Shown here: in pieces, positions 24,181-36,109 of the stretch
How positions within the stretch are numbered: position 1 is the stretch's first letter
How the letters are laid out: each line of letters begins with the position of its first letter
Assembly: GCA_050084985.1 (NCBI GenBank)
Contig: JBITNC010000001.1
Location: 122,264,001 to 122,328,000, forward strand
Source: Nageia nagi
Taxonomy: Eukaryota; Plantae; Pinophyta
Length of the DNA stretch: 64,000 nt
Direction of reading: 5' to 3'
The notes under the pieces: generated by a model
Told to the model about the DNA's origin: nothing
What the model saw: only the letters and a program-made list of their open reading frames with translations
The model's database searches: none
Made by a program: the position numbers and the translations under genes

Positions 24181-25595
24181 TGATCCAAAATTTGAATTAG
24201 TTCGAAAGGTAAAATAATTTATCAAATCATCTAAAGTTTCTATCTAGCTTTCCAATGCTTCAAATGGACTAAAAATCTAACCCTGTATGTAGAAGATATG
24301 AGGTTTTGAATATTTGGTGGATTTAATTAAAATCAAGAAAAAATAAATATTTAACACCTTCAAAATACCAACAGTGGGATCTATGACACATCAATAATTG
24401 ACTGAGATAAACTGACTAAAAATCTAACCCTGTATGTAGAAGATATGAGGTTTTGAATATTTGGTGGATTTAATTAAAATCAAGGAAAAATAAATATTTA
24501 ACACCTTCAAAATACCAACAATGGGATCTATGACACATCAATAATTGACTAAGATAAACTTAGTACATGTGGTAGAGGATGTGCAATTTTACACATAGTT
24601 TGAAGGAGGTTGAAATGTGATTAACAAGGTCTAGAGTTATATAGCCAAAAAGTGGTTAAAAGGTGTTATGCAAATTCAAAGGGGTGTTTGGCCACCATGG
24701 GATCCATCCATAGGGGATTGGCCTACCATGTGGTGGCCTACACACACTGTCCATGTTTTCACCCATGATTCATTTACTAGCCATCCATAGTCTTCAAATT
24801 ATCGCCCAAGCATATAACACACTCCACCAATCATCAATGACTTGCCATATTCATTGGCCGTTCACTTCTTAATCAATAATTTGACCATTTTTAATGCACA
24901 TGCATTAATGAGAGATAGATGTGAAGGTGTACATGGCCCAAGGGAGGAGGTGCTCCCCTACAAGTTGGAAATTGATTTTTTCAAGTTCACTAACACAATG
25001 ATACTTTTCATGAGCACATTAAATCCACTTCACATTGGTGATAAAGGTATCAAGGTATTATTATCAAGGAGACTCTTGATAATGATGTTAGATAGCTTTA
25101 GCTACTATTTCATTATTTTATTGTAATATTTCACTATAAAAGGAGGAGCATGGAACCATAGAAGCATGGAGCAATTTTAGTACAAATTGTATAGAAATTA
25201 TTTGAGGAGAGATTTTTTGGAGAATAAAAATTGTGAGATAAAGGAGATAGAAAGAAAATGTTGTAAAATTTCATAGAGAGCATTATAGAGACATTGAAGG
25301 GTATTCAAGGCAAGTTCTTATTGCTACATTGTGAAGCCTATTGTGAAGGCCATTTTATTGAATTTCCCTCAATATAAGGAGATTTTGGTTTTTGTTGGGG
25401 TTTTCTTCAAAAGGAAGAGATTCCCCATGGTAAAACTAGTATCTTCGTTGTGATGATTCTATCTCTTTCTTGCATTTTAAGTTCCTTTTCAAATTATGTT
25501 TAATATATTCATTATTTCAAGCACTTAGGAATTAAATGTGAAGTGATCTAAACTAAGTAAAATATTGCAAGTTATTTCAAAGAATTTATGGATCA
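24181..25595 (+). mobile_element. 5' LTR of a Ty3/gypsy element (TGATCC...GGATCA)
   Basis: Terminal inverted repeat TGATCCA-AAAT / ATTTATGGATCA. TATA-like ctataaaag near 25135. Followed within 5 nt by a PBS and then gag. Confidence 0.75.
24267..24560. repeat. 147-bp tandem duplication inside the LTR
   Basis: 24267-24413 and 24414-24560 differ at only three A/G positions. Confidence 0.95.
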
Positions 25596-25600
25596 TAATT

Positions 25601-25612
25601 TGGTATCAAAGC
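25601..25612 (+). promoter_or_regulatory. Primer binding site, tRNA-iMet type
   Basis: TGGTATCAAAGC, one mismatch to the canonical TGGTATCAGAGC. Confidence 0.8.
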
Positions 25613-25699
25613 TCATGTTCATGATCATATTGGGAATGTGATTATTTGATCTAATATTGCATGTTAGAGTTTCTTATGCAATTATTCTTCCATTTTAAC

Positions 25700-26980
25700 T
25701 AGATCAAAGAGAAAGAAGGGAGAATGTGAACTTTTAGAGGCTAATCTTATGCTTAAATCAATAATTTGGGCTAGAGGAAAAAGAAAAGCATCCATGGAGT
25801 TCAAAGAAGGGGCAATACCACCTCCTCCATTTGAAGAAAGTAATGTTACACAAGAGATCAAGGAACTTAAAGACATGTTCAAAAAAATGGTGATGCAATT
25901 AGAATCACTTAAACTTAGATCCATGAGGCAAAGTGGAAATGGAGAAGAATCATCATGAAAATAAAGGTGATAATTGTGAGGATAAAAATGGTAATTATAA
26001 TCCATCATTTCCTCTTAAAATTTCATCACTTGAGTGAGAGATAAAGTTTGATTTGCCTAACTTTTATAGAGAAATCAATTCAAAGAAACTTGATTATTGA
26101 CTTAAATAAATTGAATTCTATTATAGAGTTGAATAGATTCATGATGATAAGGAAATGATGCAATTAGCTACCTTGAAACTAGGGGGAACCACCTTCATTT
26201 GGTGGGAGAGTCATACATGATCTAGTCTCAACACACCTATATACACATGGAAGGAGTTTGTAGTGTTGGTAAGTGAACAACTTTATCCACTTGGTTATAG
26301 ACAAAAGGAAATCATGGAGTGGTAGAATATTCAACAAAGCAAGGAACAACATGTTCAAGAGTATACTACAAAATTCCAAAATAAGGCCAATATGCTCGGT
26401 ATATCTTTGGATACTCAAGATGCTCTCTTCAAGTGCATTGGTTGTTTACATAGTATGATAGTTATTTGATACATACACTTTTGATATTCAATCCTAGTAA
26501 TTTATATCAAGTGTATGTGCAAGCAACTCATTTAGAGGCTAGGGGTATACATGTACAAGATGATAGAGAGAATAAGAAGTTTATTCCTAATCATCATTTT
26601 GATAAAGGAAAAGGGAAAAATAAATCTCACAAAAAGACTACATCCACACTACATAAGGAAGATGAATCTAATCATTTTCCACATTGTAAAAATGGACATC
26701 TTGAGGAGAAGTTTTGGAAGTTACATCCTAAAGTTTGTCTTAAGAAATATACAAAGAAAAATACAACAAATATTGTTCAAGTAGATGTAGAGGGAAAGTT
26801 AGATACTGATGAGATACTTTCTTACATGGCCTTGCAAGGGAATTCTAATACATGAGGAAAGTAAAAGGATAAACCTTTTTCATATAAAAGCACAAGTTAA
26901 AAGAACATGTAGTGATGCTTTATTTTATCCAAGATCTCTAGCTAACTTAATTACAAAGGAATTAGTTATGAGGCCATTGA
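25700..26980 (+). pseudogene. Ty3/gypsy gag and protease start, truncated
   Basis: KFDLPNF..LATLKLGGTTFIWWES..TWKEF..QLYPLGY..VQEYTTKF..LLIFNPSNLYQVYVQATHLEARG..HCKNGHLEEKFWKLHP, then LFHIKAQVK..DALFYPRSLANLI. Confidence 0.85.
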
Positions 26981-27599
26981 CTTGAAGCAAATTGATCCAT
27001 CCTCTTATTGGATCACAAAGACTCGATATCAAACACAATCCCAAGAGGAGGATCCCACCTTGGCCTTTCATAATCTTGAGCAACTAGCTAAGGTGTTAGT
27101 GGTAAAGAGACAAGAAGAGAAAAGGATATGCACATCAACAACTATACACTTAGACCTAAAGGCACAAGGAGAGATAGTCACATAGGATACAATAACACAA
27201 AGGGAGCTTAAAGCCTACAATAAAGTAAAAGTCCAAGAAAAATAGATATAATTTATTTATTTTTTTAGACACCGAAGTATGTATTTTGTCATGCTCATGA
27301 GACATGAGCATATTTTGTACTTACTACTTAGTACTTGCTATTGTACATATTTTGATTAATAGATTATACAAGATATGCACTTTCCTCTTCTTGATTTCTT
27401 AGTTGTATTGCATGTTGAGAAGCAAAGGTACCCAAGCTTTGATACTACTATTAGGATATGTTTATGGGCCATGAAATAAAAGAAATTTTTTTATTTCCAA
27501 AAAAACTATATCAAATACTATATGCATAGAAATAAATAATGCTAAAAATATAACTACCAAAAGTGGTTATGAAACTCACTATTAGTAATAGGATTACAA

Positions 27600-28080
27600 T
27601 TACACAAGGTAGCAAGCATCAATAGCAATATTTCCCATAGAGGCTAAGTATATTGTTGCTATCTTTAGTTAATACATAGGCCTTATTACTTAAAAACATG
27701 TTAATATGAAAAATAAAGGGATCATATAATTGCCAAAGATACTTGTATATCATAAGAGGTATAAACACTTTTACTTGAAGTATCACTTCATTCAATATAT
27801 GGTGCAAAAGAAGAAGATAGAATTGAAGTATTGCGACACACAAGATCAACTTGTTGAAATATTCATTGAAGGCACAATATATTAAGTTAAGAAATAAGCT
27901 ATTGAGCTCCCTTAACATGAAGGAGGAGAATGTTCAAAAATGATGCTAACTATAAGATTCTTATAACTATTCCTATACAATATTTTGTATTTATAACAAA
28001 TTAGCACTAGTTTTATATTATTATAGCTATTTATATAACTAAAAGAGAAGATTTTTGTCACTCCCAACATTTATTTTTAT
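27600..28080 (+). mobile_element. Ty1/copia RNase H end, PPT and start of 3' LTR
   Basis: IAIFPIEAKYIVA..YHKRYKHFYLKYHFIQYMVQKKKIELKYCDTQDQLVEIF; purine tract aaggaggagaa immediately before TGTT at 27931. Confidence 0.75.
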
Positions 28081-30059
28081 GTAAAATTCATAGGTGTAGA
28101 GAATTCAGTGTGAAAAAAATTAGATTAGAGAATTGTAGAATGCACAGTTGTGCGTATTCTTATGTCTTATCAAGGTATTTAGTGTATATTATTTTCCAAT
28201 ATATTTTACTTCTAATAATGGTTGCACTTTGTTACAGGTCTATATAAATTATATATTGCATTTTAAAACCTTCTCACTCAACTTTTTAATTTGTTTTAAC
28301 TTAGAGTTAGGTGTGAGGACTTATTCTCCACTAATTTCAGATGTTTTCAAGATTTTTATCCAACTTTTAGTTGCTTTGATGCAACCATGGAGCTTTTGAC
28401 CTCATTCAATGGACTCCACAACATGAGCTCCTTGAGAAAATGGTAAAACATTTGCCTATTTTTGAAGGAAATAGTGTAGTGACTAGGGAGGAACATACTA
28501 AGTTATTATTCAAGCTCTAGAAGTTTTTAATGTGGAACATGAGGATGTAGTCCTTAAACTATTTTATCATAGTTTTATTAAGGATGCAAGGGAATCGATT
28601 CAAGCTTTACCTATTGCTTTGGTAGCTTCTTATGATAAGATGGAGGAGTTATTTTTAGCCAAGTATAGAGAAAGGAAGAATGAGCAGCTAATGTTGACTG
28701 AGCTAGCAATAATCAAGAACAAAGAGAATTAATCCATTGATGAGCTTAATCAATGATTTTTTAAGCTTATAAACAAAATATCCATAGATGCTAGGCCTAA
28801 TAATGTGCAATCAATCATGTATTACAAGCAAGGTTTTCCTAGTGACATTAGATATGAGCTAAGAAATTAGAGAGCTTAGGTTTTGCAAGAATGCTAAGAA
28901 AGAAATGATAGGGGATGGCAAACTCAAGCCATATTCCTTAGAACCTATAGTTGAAATGAAACCTAAGAGGACTGATATTTCTCCTTATCTTTCTTCAAAA
29001 GAGCTCAAACCATCATCTAAGATGTACAAATAAGTGTTATATATACTCTCTAGAATGAACAATAGGATGCATCGAATGGAAAGAGATAAGCCTCAACAAT
29101 ATCAAAGGCCATATTATCTACAAAATCAGCCAAATAAACATGAAGCTTCTTTATGCAAGAATGATGGCAAGGTTCCTTTCAAAAAGTTTGTTAATGCACC
29201 TTGGGAAGCTAACATGAAACACAAAGAGGCACATAAAGATATGAATGTTGTACCTAACACTTTGCCTAATATAATATTGAATCAAATAGCTTCCTATTAT
29301 TTTCATGTTTGTGAAATGACTCATAACCTTGAACAATGTGGTATTTACTTGAATAAGATGATAGAGTAAGAACAAGAAGTTGGAGAAGAAGAGCCCAAGG
29401 TAAATTACATTTGGACTGAATATGATGAGAATAGTGAGCTAATTTTCTAGGATGATATGGATACTACTCATAATTTTTTGATTCAAAATGCCATAGGTAC
29501 CAATCCATCTATTAAAAATATGAAACAAGATTTGCTAGCAATCCTGCTCACTAAAAATAAGAAGGTCATTACTGAATAAACAAATTATGTGAATGTTATT
29601 AAACTTAGAAATAGGTAGATTCTAGAAAGATAGCAAAGGAACATGCTAAGAAGGAACTAGATAGTCATGATATCCCTAAAAAAGATGTCAATATCCTCAA
29701 ACCTATTGCTCAATCTTCTTTAGCCTAAAAGGCAGATCCTCTACTTGTCCCTAAGGCTAAACCCTTACAAATAGATGAAGAAAATATTGAAAAAAAATTA
29801 GATAGACTAAGAGGACTATTTTTGATCTTGGAAGTGAGATTATGAAACTCAAAGTGTCAGTTCCTATAGAAAAACTCATGACAATTCCTATGTATACGAA
29901 CTAGTTATGCGAGCAATTTCAATTCTTGGATAAAACTATTGCACAATGTCTTCAAACTCATGCTAAAATTGTCAATGATAATGACCCAAGTAGGATCAAA
30001 TCATTTTATTTGGCTCTATGATATGATGACAATGATTGTCATTATTGTATCCATAATTG

Positions 30060-31443
30060 TGGTCCGAAATGGATTTCAAAATCTTAAAAAAAGGGGATTC
30101 TTCAAGTTTATAATTTTATTAATTATTCTCTTCCATATTAAAGAGATATATTCCATGATTCCAATTCTTTGAACGAAAAATAAAATGGAGCTATGATTTG
30201 TAAGTTATGGTTTTTCAAAATTTGAAGTTAAATATAAAAAATGCAAAACATACATGGAAGGCTCTATTAACAAACTCACCAGGAGCATATCAGGTTTATT
30301 CATAGCTTGAAATTTGAATCATCGGTACCTCATATTATGATGAACCTATAGTTAAAATTTTAAGGCATTTGGATTAAATAATTGAATGTTATGGCACTCA
30401 CAAAATGGTAATTTATCATTTTATGTTCATGACAATCAAAATTTTGATAGCTGCCAAGTGCAAATTTGCATTGGAGGCCAACTTGATGACAATGCTTAGA
30501 GTACCAATAAGGATTTAGAGCTTGAAATTTGGATCAATTAAGATACGTATATCCAAGAACACTTGGATGAATTTTTGTAAAATTTAGAATTATGGTCATG
30601 AAGTTTTGGACATGCTAAAATGGCACCAGAAGTAGTTTTGATAGTTTTGCAAAATCCAAAAAGATAGGAGAATATAACTATATGAGGCCAAAATAATGCT
30701 ACAAGAATACAAATGAGGGAGATTAGTGTGGTGAGGATGAAAAAGCATATTGTAAAGAAGGAAAAATAACAAATATTATGTTATCACCATGTAATCATAA
30801 ACTCCAAATTTGTAATCCTTTAATGTTATAAAAAGGAACATGGAGTATAAAAAACATTAAGTCCTTTAGTATGGATTTCCTCCCAAGGGGAGTGAGTTAG
30901 TGTAAGTTTGAAAAGAATGTAGAAGACTCTATTTTATTGTAAACTCCATGGAAAATAACAAAACCATGAGAGTAATATTGGAGTTGCATTTTAAGATTGC
31001 ATAGAAGAAGAAAAAGAACATGGACAAGATTATTGCCATGGAGAATGAAGTGGATGACATAATCACCATGATTAAAAACAAAAAGACAAAGAGTAGTTCT
31101 AAAGATTTTATCTTGGAACAAGAGACGTGGAACTCCACTCAAATACTTTCATTGTAAAGAGAGTCATCTTCAAGAAAGGGATTCAATGGAGAGCCTACAA
31201 TGATCATGTGATTCAACTTTGACAAACAAAAGAGTGAAGGATAACACTAGTGATAATTGTAAAATGGAGTCTACAATAATGGATTATTGTTTGCTGGATG
31301 TAGACCACATCGATCAAACCAAGGTAACTATATGTGTACATTTTGTATGTTTTTGATTTGGTATACATTTTTATTTCCACAAGCACTAGACAAAATAAGG
31401 TGTGAAGATCCAAATTAAATTTGAAAAATAGGTTTACGGATCA
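30060..31443 (+). mobile_element. Solo LTR (1384 bp) with TSD AATTG
   Basis: TGGTCCGAAA...TTTACGGATCA termini. AATTG at 30055-30059 and 31444-31448. Removal rejoins the protease motif IHN-CLLDS. Termini resemble those of the 24181-25595 LTR. Confidence 0.9.
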
Positions 31444-31753
31444 AATTGCTTATTGGATTCTAAAGCCATAGTGAATGTTATACTAAAGAGTGTAGCAAAT
31501 GTGCTTGGACTAACTTGCACTAGTTATTTCCCACTTGTGTTTGTTATGGACAATAGAGATGTACAAACACTTGGGGTAGTCAAAGATGTTCTAGTTTACT
31601 TAGATAGATTCACTTCTAAGTGAATGCTTTTGGATTTGGTTATTATGGATGTTGAGCCTTGTTTTTTTATCCTCTTGTCAAGATATTTTGGTAGCACCTT
31701 AAGGGGAACAATACAACTAGATTGTTCTTTTGCCACTATCCCTATGTCTGATG

Positions 31754-32377
31754 CGAAGTTAGAAAAATTAGATCGAAATTGCCAAAATCCATAATTAGAC
31801 AAGTAGAGGATTTGAGTTGGATCAGATTCAATTTTTTAACAAAAAAAGTTTTTAGGATTTTTTTTTTTATTTAGATTCTTATTTTTTTCATCTAGCAAAT
31901 CACAATTTTTTAGCAAAAAATCAACATAAAATTGACCAATGATTTTTGAGGATTTTTTAGGATTCAAATCAAGGACATCTCTAGCTCTAGGTTACAAAAT
32001 GCATTTTCAATTTTTTTAAAGTGATTTTACCAATTAGTAACATCTTTAAAAATGCATATCTTATTTTTGAAAACCTTTAATATTTTTTGGCCTTGAACAC
32101 TTGGACATTCAATATTGTAATACAAAACTCTACAATTTCTTTGATATGCAAAGTTGGATATTATATTTTGTTATTCTATATGGAATGTTGTATATTTGAT
32201 ATGAAATGTTGAGATATAGCTAAAATTGATTTGTTTCAATGTCAAATAGGAGAAATTCCTTTATTTTTTCTTTATGCCAATTTTTTATAGATTTTTTGCT
32301 AAGTTTTTTGCCGATTTTTTCTATTTTTTAAAAAATTTGAATCCTATAGTTAAATGATTTTGATTTTTTTAACTATG
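31754..32377. mobile_element. hAT-type MITE (624 bp)
   Basis: TIR CGAAGTTAGAAAAAT vs CATAGTTAAAAAAAT. 8-bp TSD GTCTGATG / GATTGATG. Removal rejoins ATIPMSDA-TIERL of the host pol. Confidence 0.75.
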
Positions 32378-33025
32378 GATTGATGCAACCATAGAAAGAC
32401 TGTAAAGAGAACCCTATAACAAAGTGGTAGTCAAAGTTCAACCATAAGAAGGTATACTAATCAATTGTATCAGTAAAGCTTTAGTCCCAACTTGTGATCA
32501 TGTCCATGGTATTTATACCTTAGGGCATTCCCTTGAAATACGAGATGAAGATTAGGTGATAATGCAAGATCAAATTCATGAGCATATTCCTCCTAAAATC
32601 ATAGCCCAAGCTAACCAAAACACTGAAAACTTATTGCAAAACACATTATGATCATTTTTTTTGATAGAGCTAAATCTCAATATGGTCATGGTGCTAGTGT
32701 TTTGTTACAAGATGTGAGGGGTTCCTTTCTAGGTATTCCATACAAATTGGAGTTTCCTTGTACAAACAACATTGCAGAGTATGAAGCCTTATTACTTAGT
32801 TTAAGAAAGATCAAAGAATTCAAAATACAACATTTGCAAGTATTTGGTGATTCTTAATTGATTATTAAATAGGTCATAGATACATATAAGGCTAAACATC
32901 CAAGGCTAAATCAATACAAGAAAGTAATTTTTGATGAGACTGATAATTTTTTAACATTCAATATCTCTTTTTTGCCAAGAGAACTAAATTAGAGAGCTAA
33001 CTTGTTAGTAATAGTTTCCTCTAGA

Positions 33026-33129
33026 GGAGAACATCTAGATATAAATGAAACATTTATGAATGATCATAATATAGTGTGGAGAACATCCAAATATAAATGA
33101 AACATTTATGAATGATCATAATATAGTGT
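33026..33129. repeat. 52-bp tandem duplication in the host pol
   Basis: ggagaacatc..atataaatgaaacatttatgaatgatcataatatagtgt present twice, 2 mismatches. Confidence 0.9.
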
Positions 33130-35500
33130 TTATTTATAATCCTTCTATACCTAACAATATTATCTATTTGCAAGTTTTTGAAGACAACATTCAAATAAGG
33201 AACTTTATGCAAGTGCAAGCTTAGTTTGAAAACCTTATTTGTGATGAAGAGAGTGAAGAACTAATAAGTGATCAAATAGGTGTTCCACAGGAAGTTATAC
33301 AATTTAAAACCAACTCCATTCCTAGAGGTTTGGTAAGCCTGGAATCCCTCTATGATGATTTTCAGATAGCCTATGCTCATATTATGTAACAAGGTCATCC
33401 AAAATATGAAACTATTGATATTAGTGTCAAAATAGTCAATGAAGTTAAGAATCTCATGATCAATTCCAATATGAAGCCATAATGGTTGGGCATATACTAA
33501 GAATTCTTGAACAAAAAACAAAGATGTATTTTCTTTATATTACAATGAATTAAGTACTTTTGACACCAATGTTCTTACTTGTATATTCCATTGAAAGAAG
33601 AGGTACTACCTTTTAGATAGAAATAGAGAAAGTACAATCCTACCTTGTATCCATTGATGCAAAATATATTAAATGCTAAGATAATTGATCCCATAAGATT
33701 TTTCTCATGGATTTCAAACTTAGTATCAATTAGAAAAAAGAATGGGAAGATAAGATTGTGTGTGGACTTAAAAAAAATTAAAAAAAAGTTATTTGAAAGA
33801 TAATTATCCATTGCTAAACATGGAACAACTTTTACAAGCTGTAGTGGAGAGATCAGTTTTCTCTTTGATGGATGGATTTTCAAGGTTTAATCAAATTGAA
33901 GTTCAGAAGGAGGAAATATATAAGACAACTTTCATCACACCATGGGGTACTTATCAATATCAGAGGATGCCATTTGGTTTAACCAATGTTGGAGAAACTT
34001 TCCAAAGAGCCATGGATACAACTTTTAGAAACCTCATATTCAAAATGATTGTGGTCTACTTGGATGACCTCACTATTTTCTTGAATGATAATCATAGGCA
34101 TATAAAGGATTTAGACATCATTTTTAAAAGGTTTTGAGGATTTGGAGTGTCATTGAACTCAAATAAGTGTATCTTTGCTATGAATCAAGGAAAATTGCTT
34201 GGACATATTATTTCAAAGGAAGGTACACAAGTTGATCCTAAGAGAACTAAAATAATTCTATAGTTACAACCTTTGCATAGTCTAAAGAGAGTAATATTAT
34301 TTTTTGGAAAAATCAACTTCATAAGAAGATTTATTCTAGATTTTGCTCAAATAACATTTCCAATCAACAAAATGATCAAGAAAGATGGATAAATCAAGTG
34401 GAATAATGAGAACATATTAGCTTTTGATAAAATCAAGCAAGCAATCACTCATGCTCATGTGCTAGGAAGTCCTAATCCATCTCAACCATTCAATTTATTT
34501 GCCTATGCTACAAAGGATACAATAGTTGTTGTTATGTCTTAGAAGAATGTTGAATGTCATGAAATTCCAATTGCTTTTATAAGTATAGCATTGAAAGGAG
34601 CCAAGTTAAATTACACTTCAGTTGAAAAATATATGTTTGATGTAATTAAGGGATTAGAACATTTTAAGTCTACTTTTGGTTCTTGTTTATTTAATGTGCA
34701 TATTCCTTTCACAAGCATCAAAGATGTCTTGTCACAACAAGAACCTTTAGGAAGACCTACCAAATGGATGACCAAAATGTTACAATATGATGTAGATTTT
34801 CATATTACTCATACCATCAAAGGTTAGGGTCTAACTAAAACTTTGGCAAATGAAAAGGGAGATGACAATGAAGTTAGCTGCCATGAACTAATCATAAGTT
34901 AGGAATATAATCATGTAATCAACTCCCCTTGGTATCGTAACATATGACACTATTTAAGAGACCTATAATTTCCTGAAAATGTCTAAATCAAAGAAAAGGT
35001 CATTGAAACAACAAGCTAAAAAGTATGTCATATATCAGTACCAACTTTACTAGAGGCACCCCCAAGGTTCTTTGTTAAGGTGTGTCCAAGATAATGAAAT
35101 ATAGCCCATTATTGAAGAATATCATGAAGGTATGTATGGTGGATACTATGCAAGTGAGGTCACTATAAATAAGATCATGAGGGTTAATTACTATTGGCCT
35201 ACCTTATTCTCTATTGGGCATAATTACATAAAAAATTTCATGTATACCAAGTCTTTGTAGGAAAAGAAAGGTTTTTCACCATACCCCTCTTAAGTCGGTT
35301 GTAGTTAAGGCTCCATTCATGCAATGGGGACTAGACTTGATTGGAGAGATAAATCCAAATCCATCAGTTGGTCATAAGTGGATAATCACAACAATAGATT
35401 ACTTCACCAAGTGGATAGAAGCAATGCCATTAATATCCTCTACAATTCTTATTGTCATCAATTTCATAGAAGATAATATTGTTTGCAGATATGGGATCCC

Positions 35501-35590
35501 AAGAAAACTAGTAATTGATAATGAGCATATTTCATAGCTTTTGAAAGAAAACTAGTAATTGATAATGAAGCATATTTCATAGCTTTTGAA
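35501..35590. repeat. ~44-bp tandem duplication in the integrase region
   Basis: agaaaactagtaattgataatga(a)gcatatttcatagcttttgaa present twice. Confidence 0.9.
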
Positions 35591-36109
35591 ATGATTAAAT
35601 TATGTAACACATATCTTATTGAGCTGAGCCATTTAGCTAACTATTATCCACAATGGAATGGATTAGCTAAAGCCTTCATAAGATTTTGCTTACAAGAATC
35701 AAAGGGAACTCAGTAAAGAATAAAAAAGCATGTCACACACAATTGAAATATGCAATTTGGGCTAATAGGATATTAGTAAAAAGGGGATAAGAAAATCCAC
35801 ATATGAGCTAGTATATGCACAAGAAGCTTCACTCCCACTAAATGTTGAGGAAAGAGTGCTGAGACTCATGATTGAAGAAGAGGAACACTTTATTCCATTA
35901 CAACAAAGATTAGATGATCTAGTAGAGTTGCAAGAGACAAGAAGAAATCCATTTATCATACTTGTAGATCAAGCTCTAATGACTGCAGCCACATTCAACA
36001 AGAAGATTAGAGCAAAACCATTTTACTTATAGGACATAGTCCTTTATTGGGATCCAAGAAATGATCAACATGGAAAGAAAGGAAAGCTAGAACCTAACTG
36101 GATTGGGCA

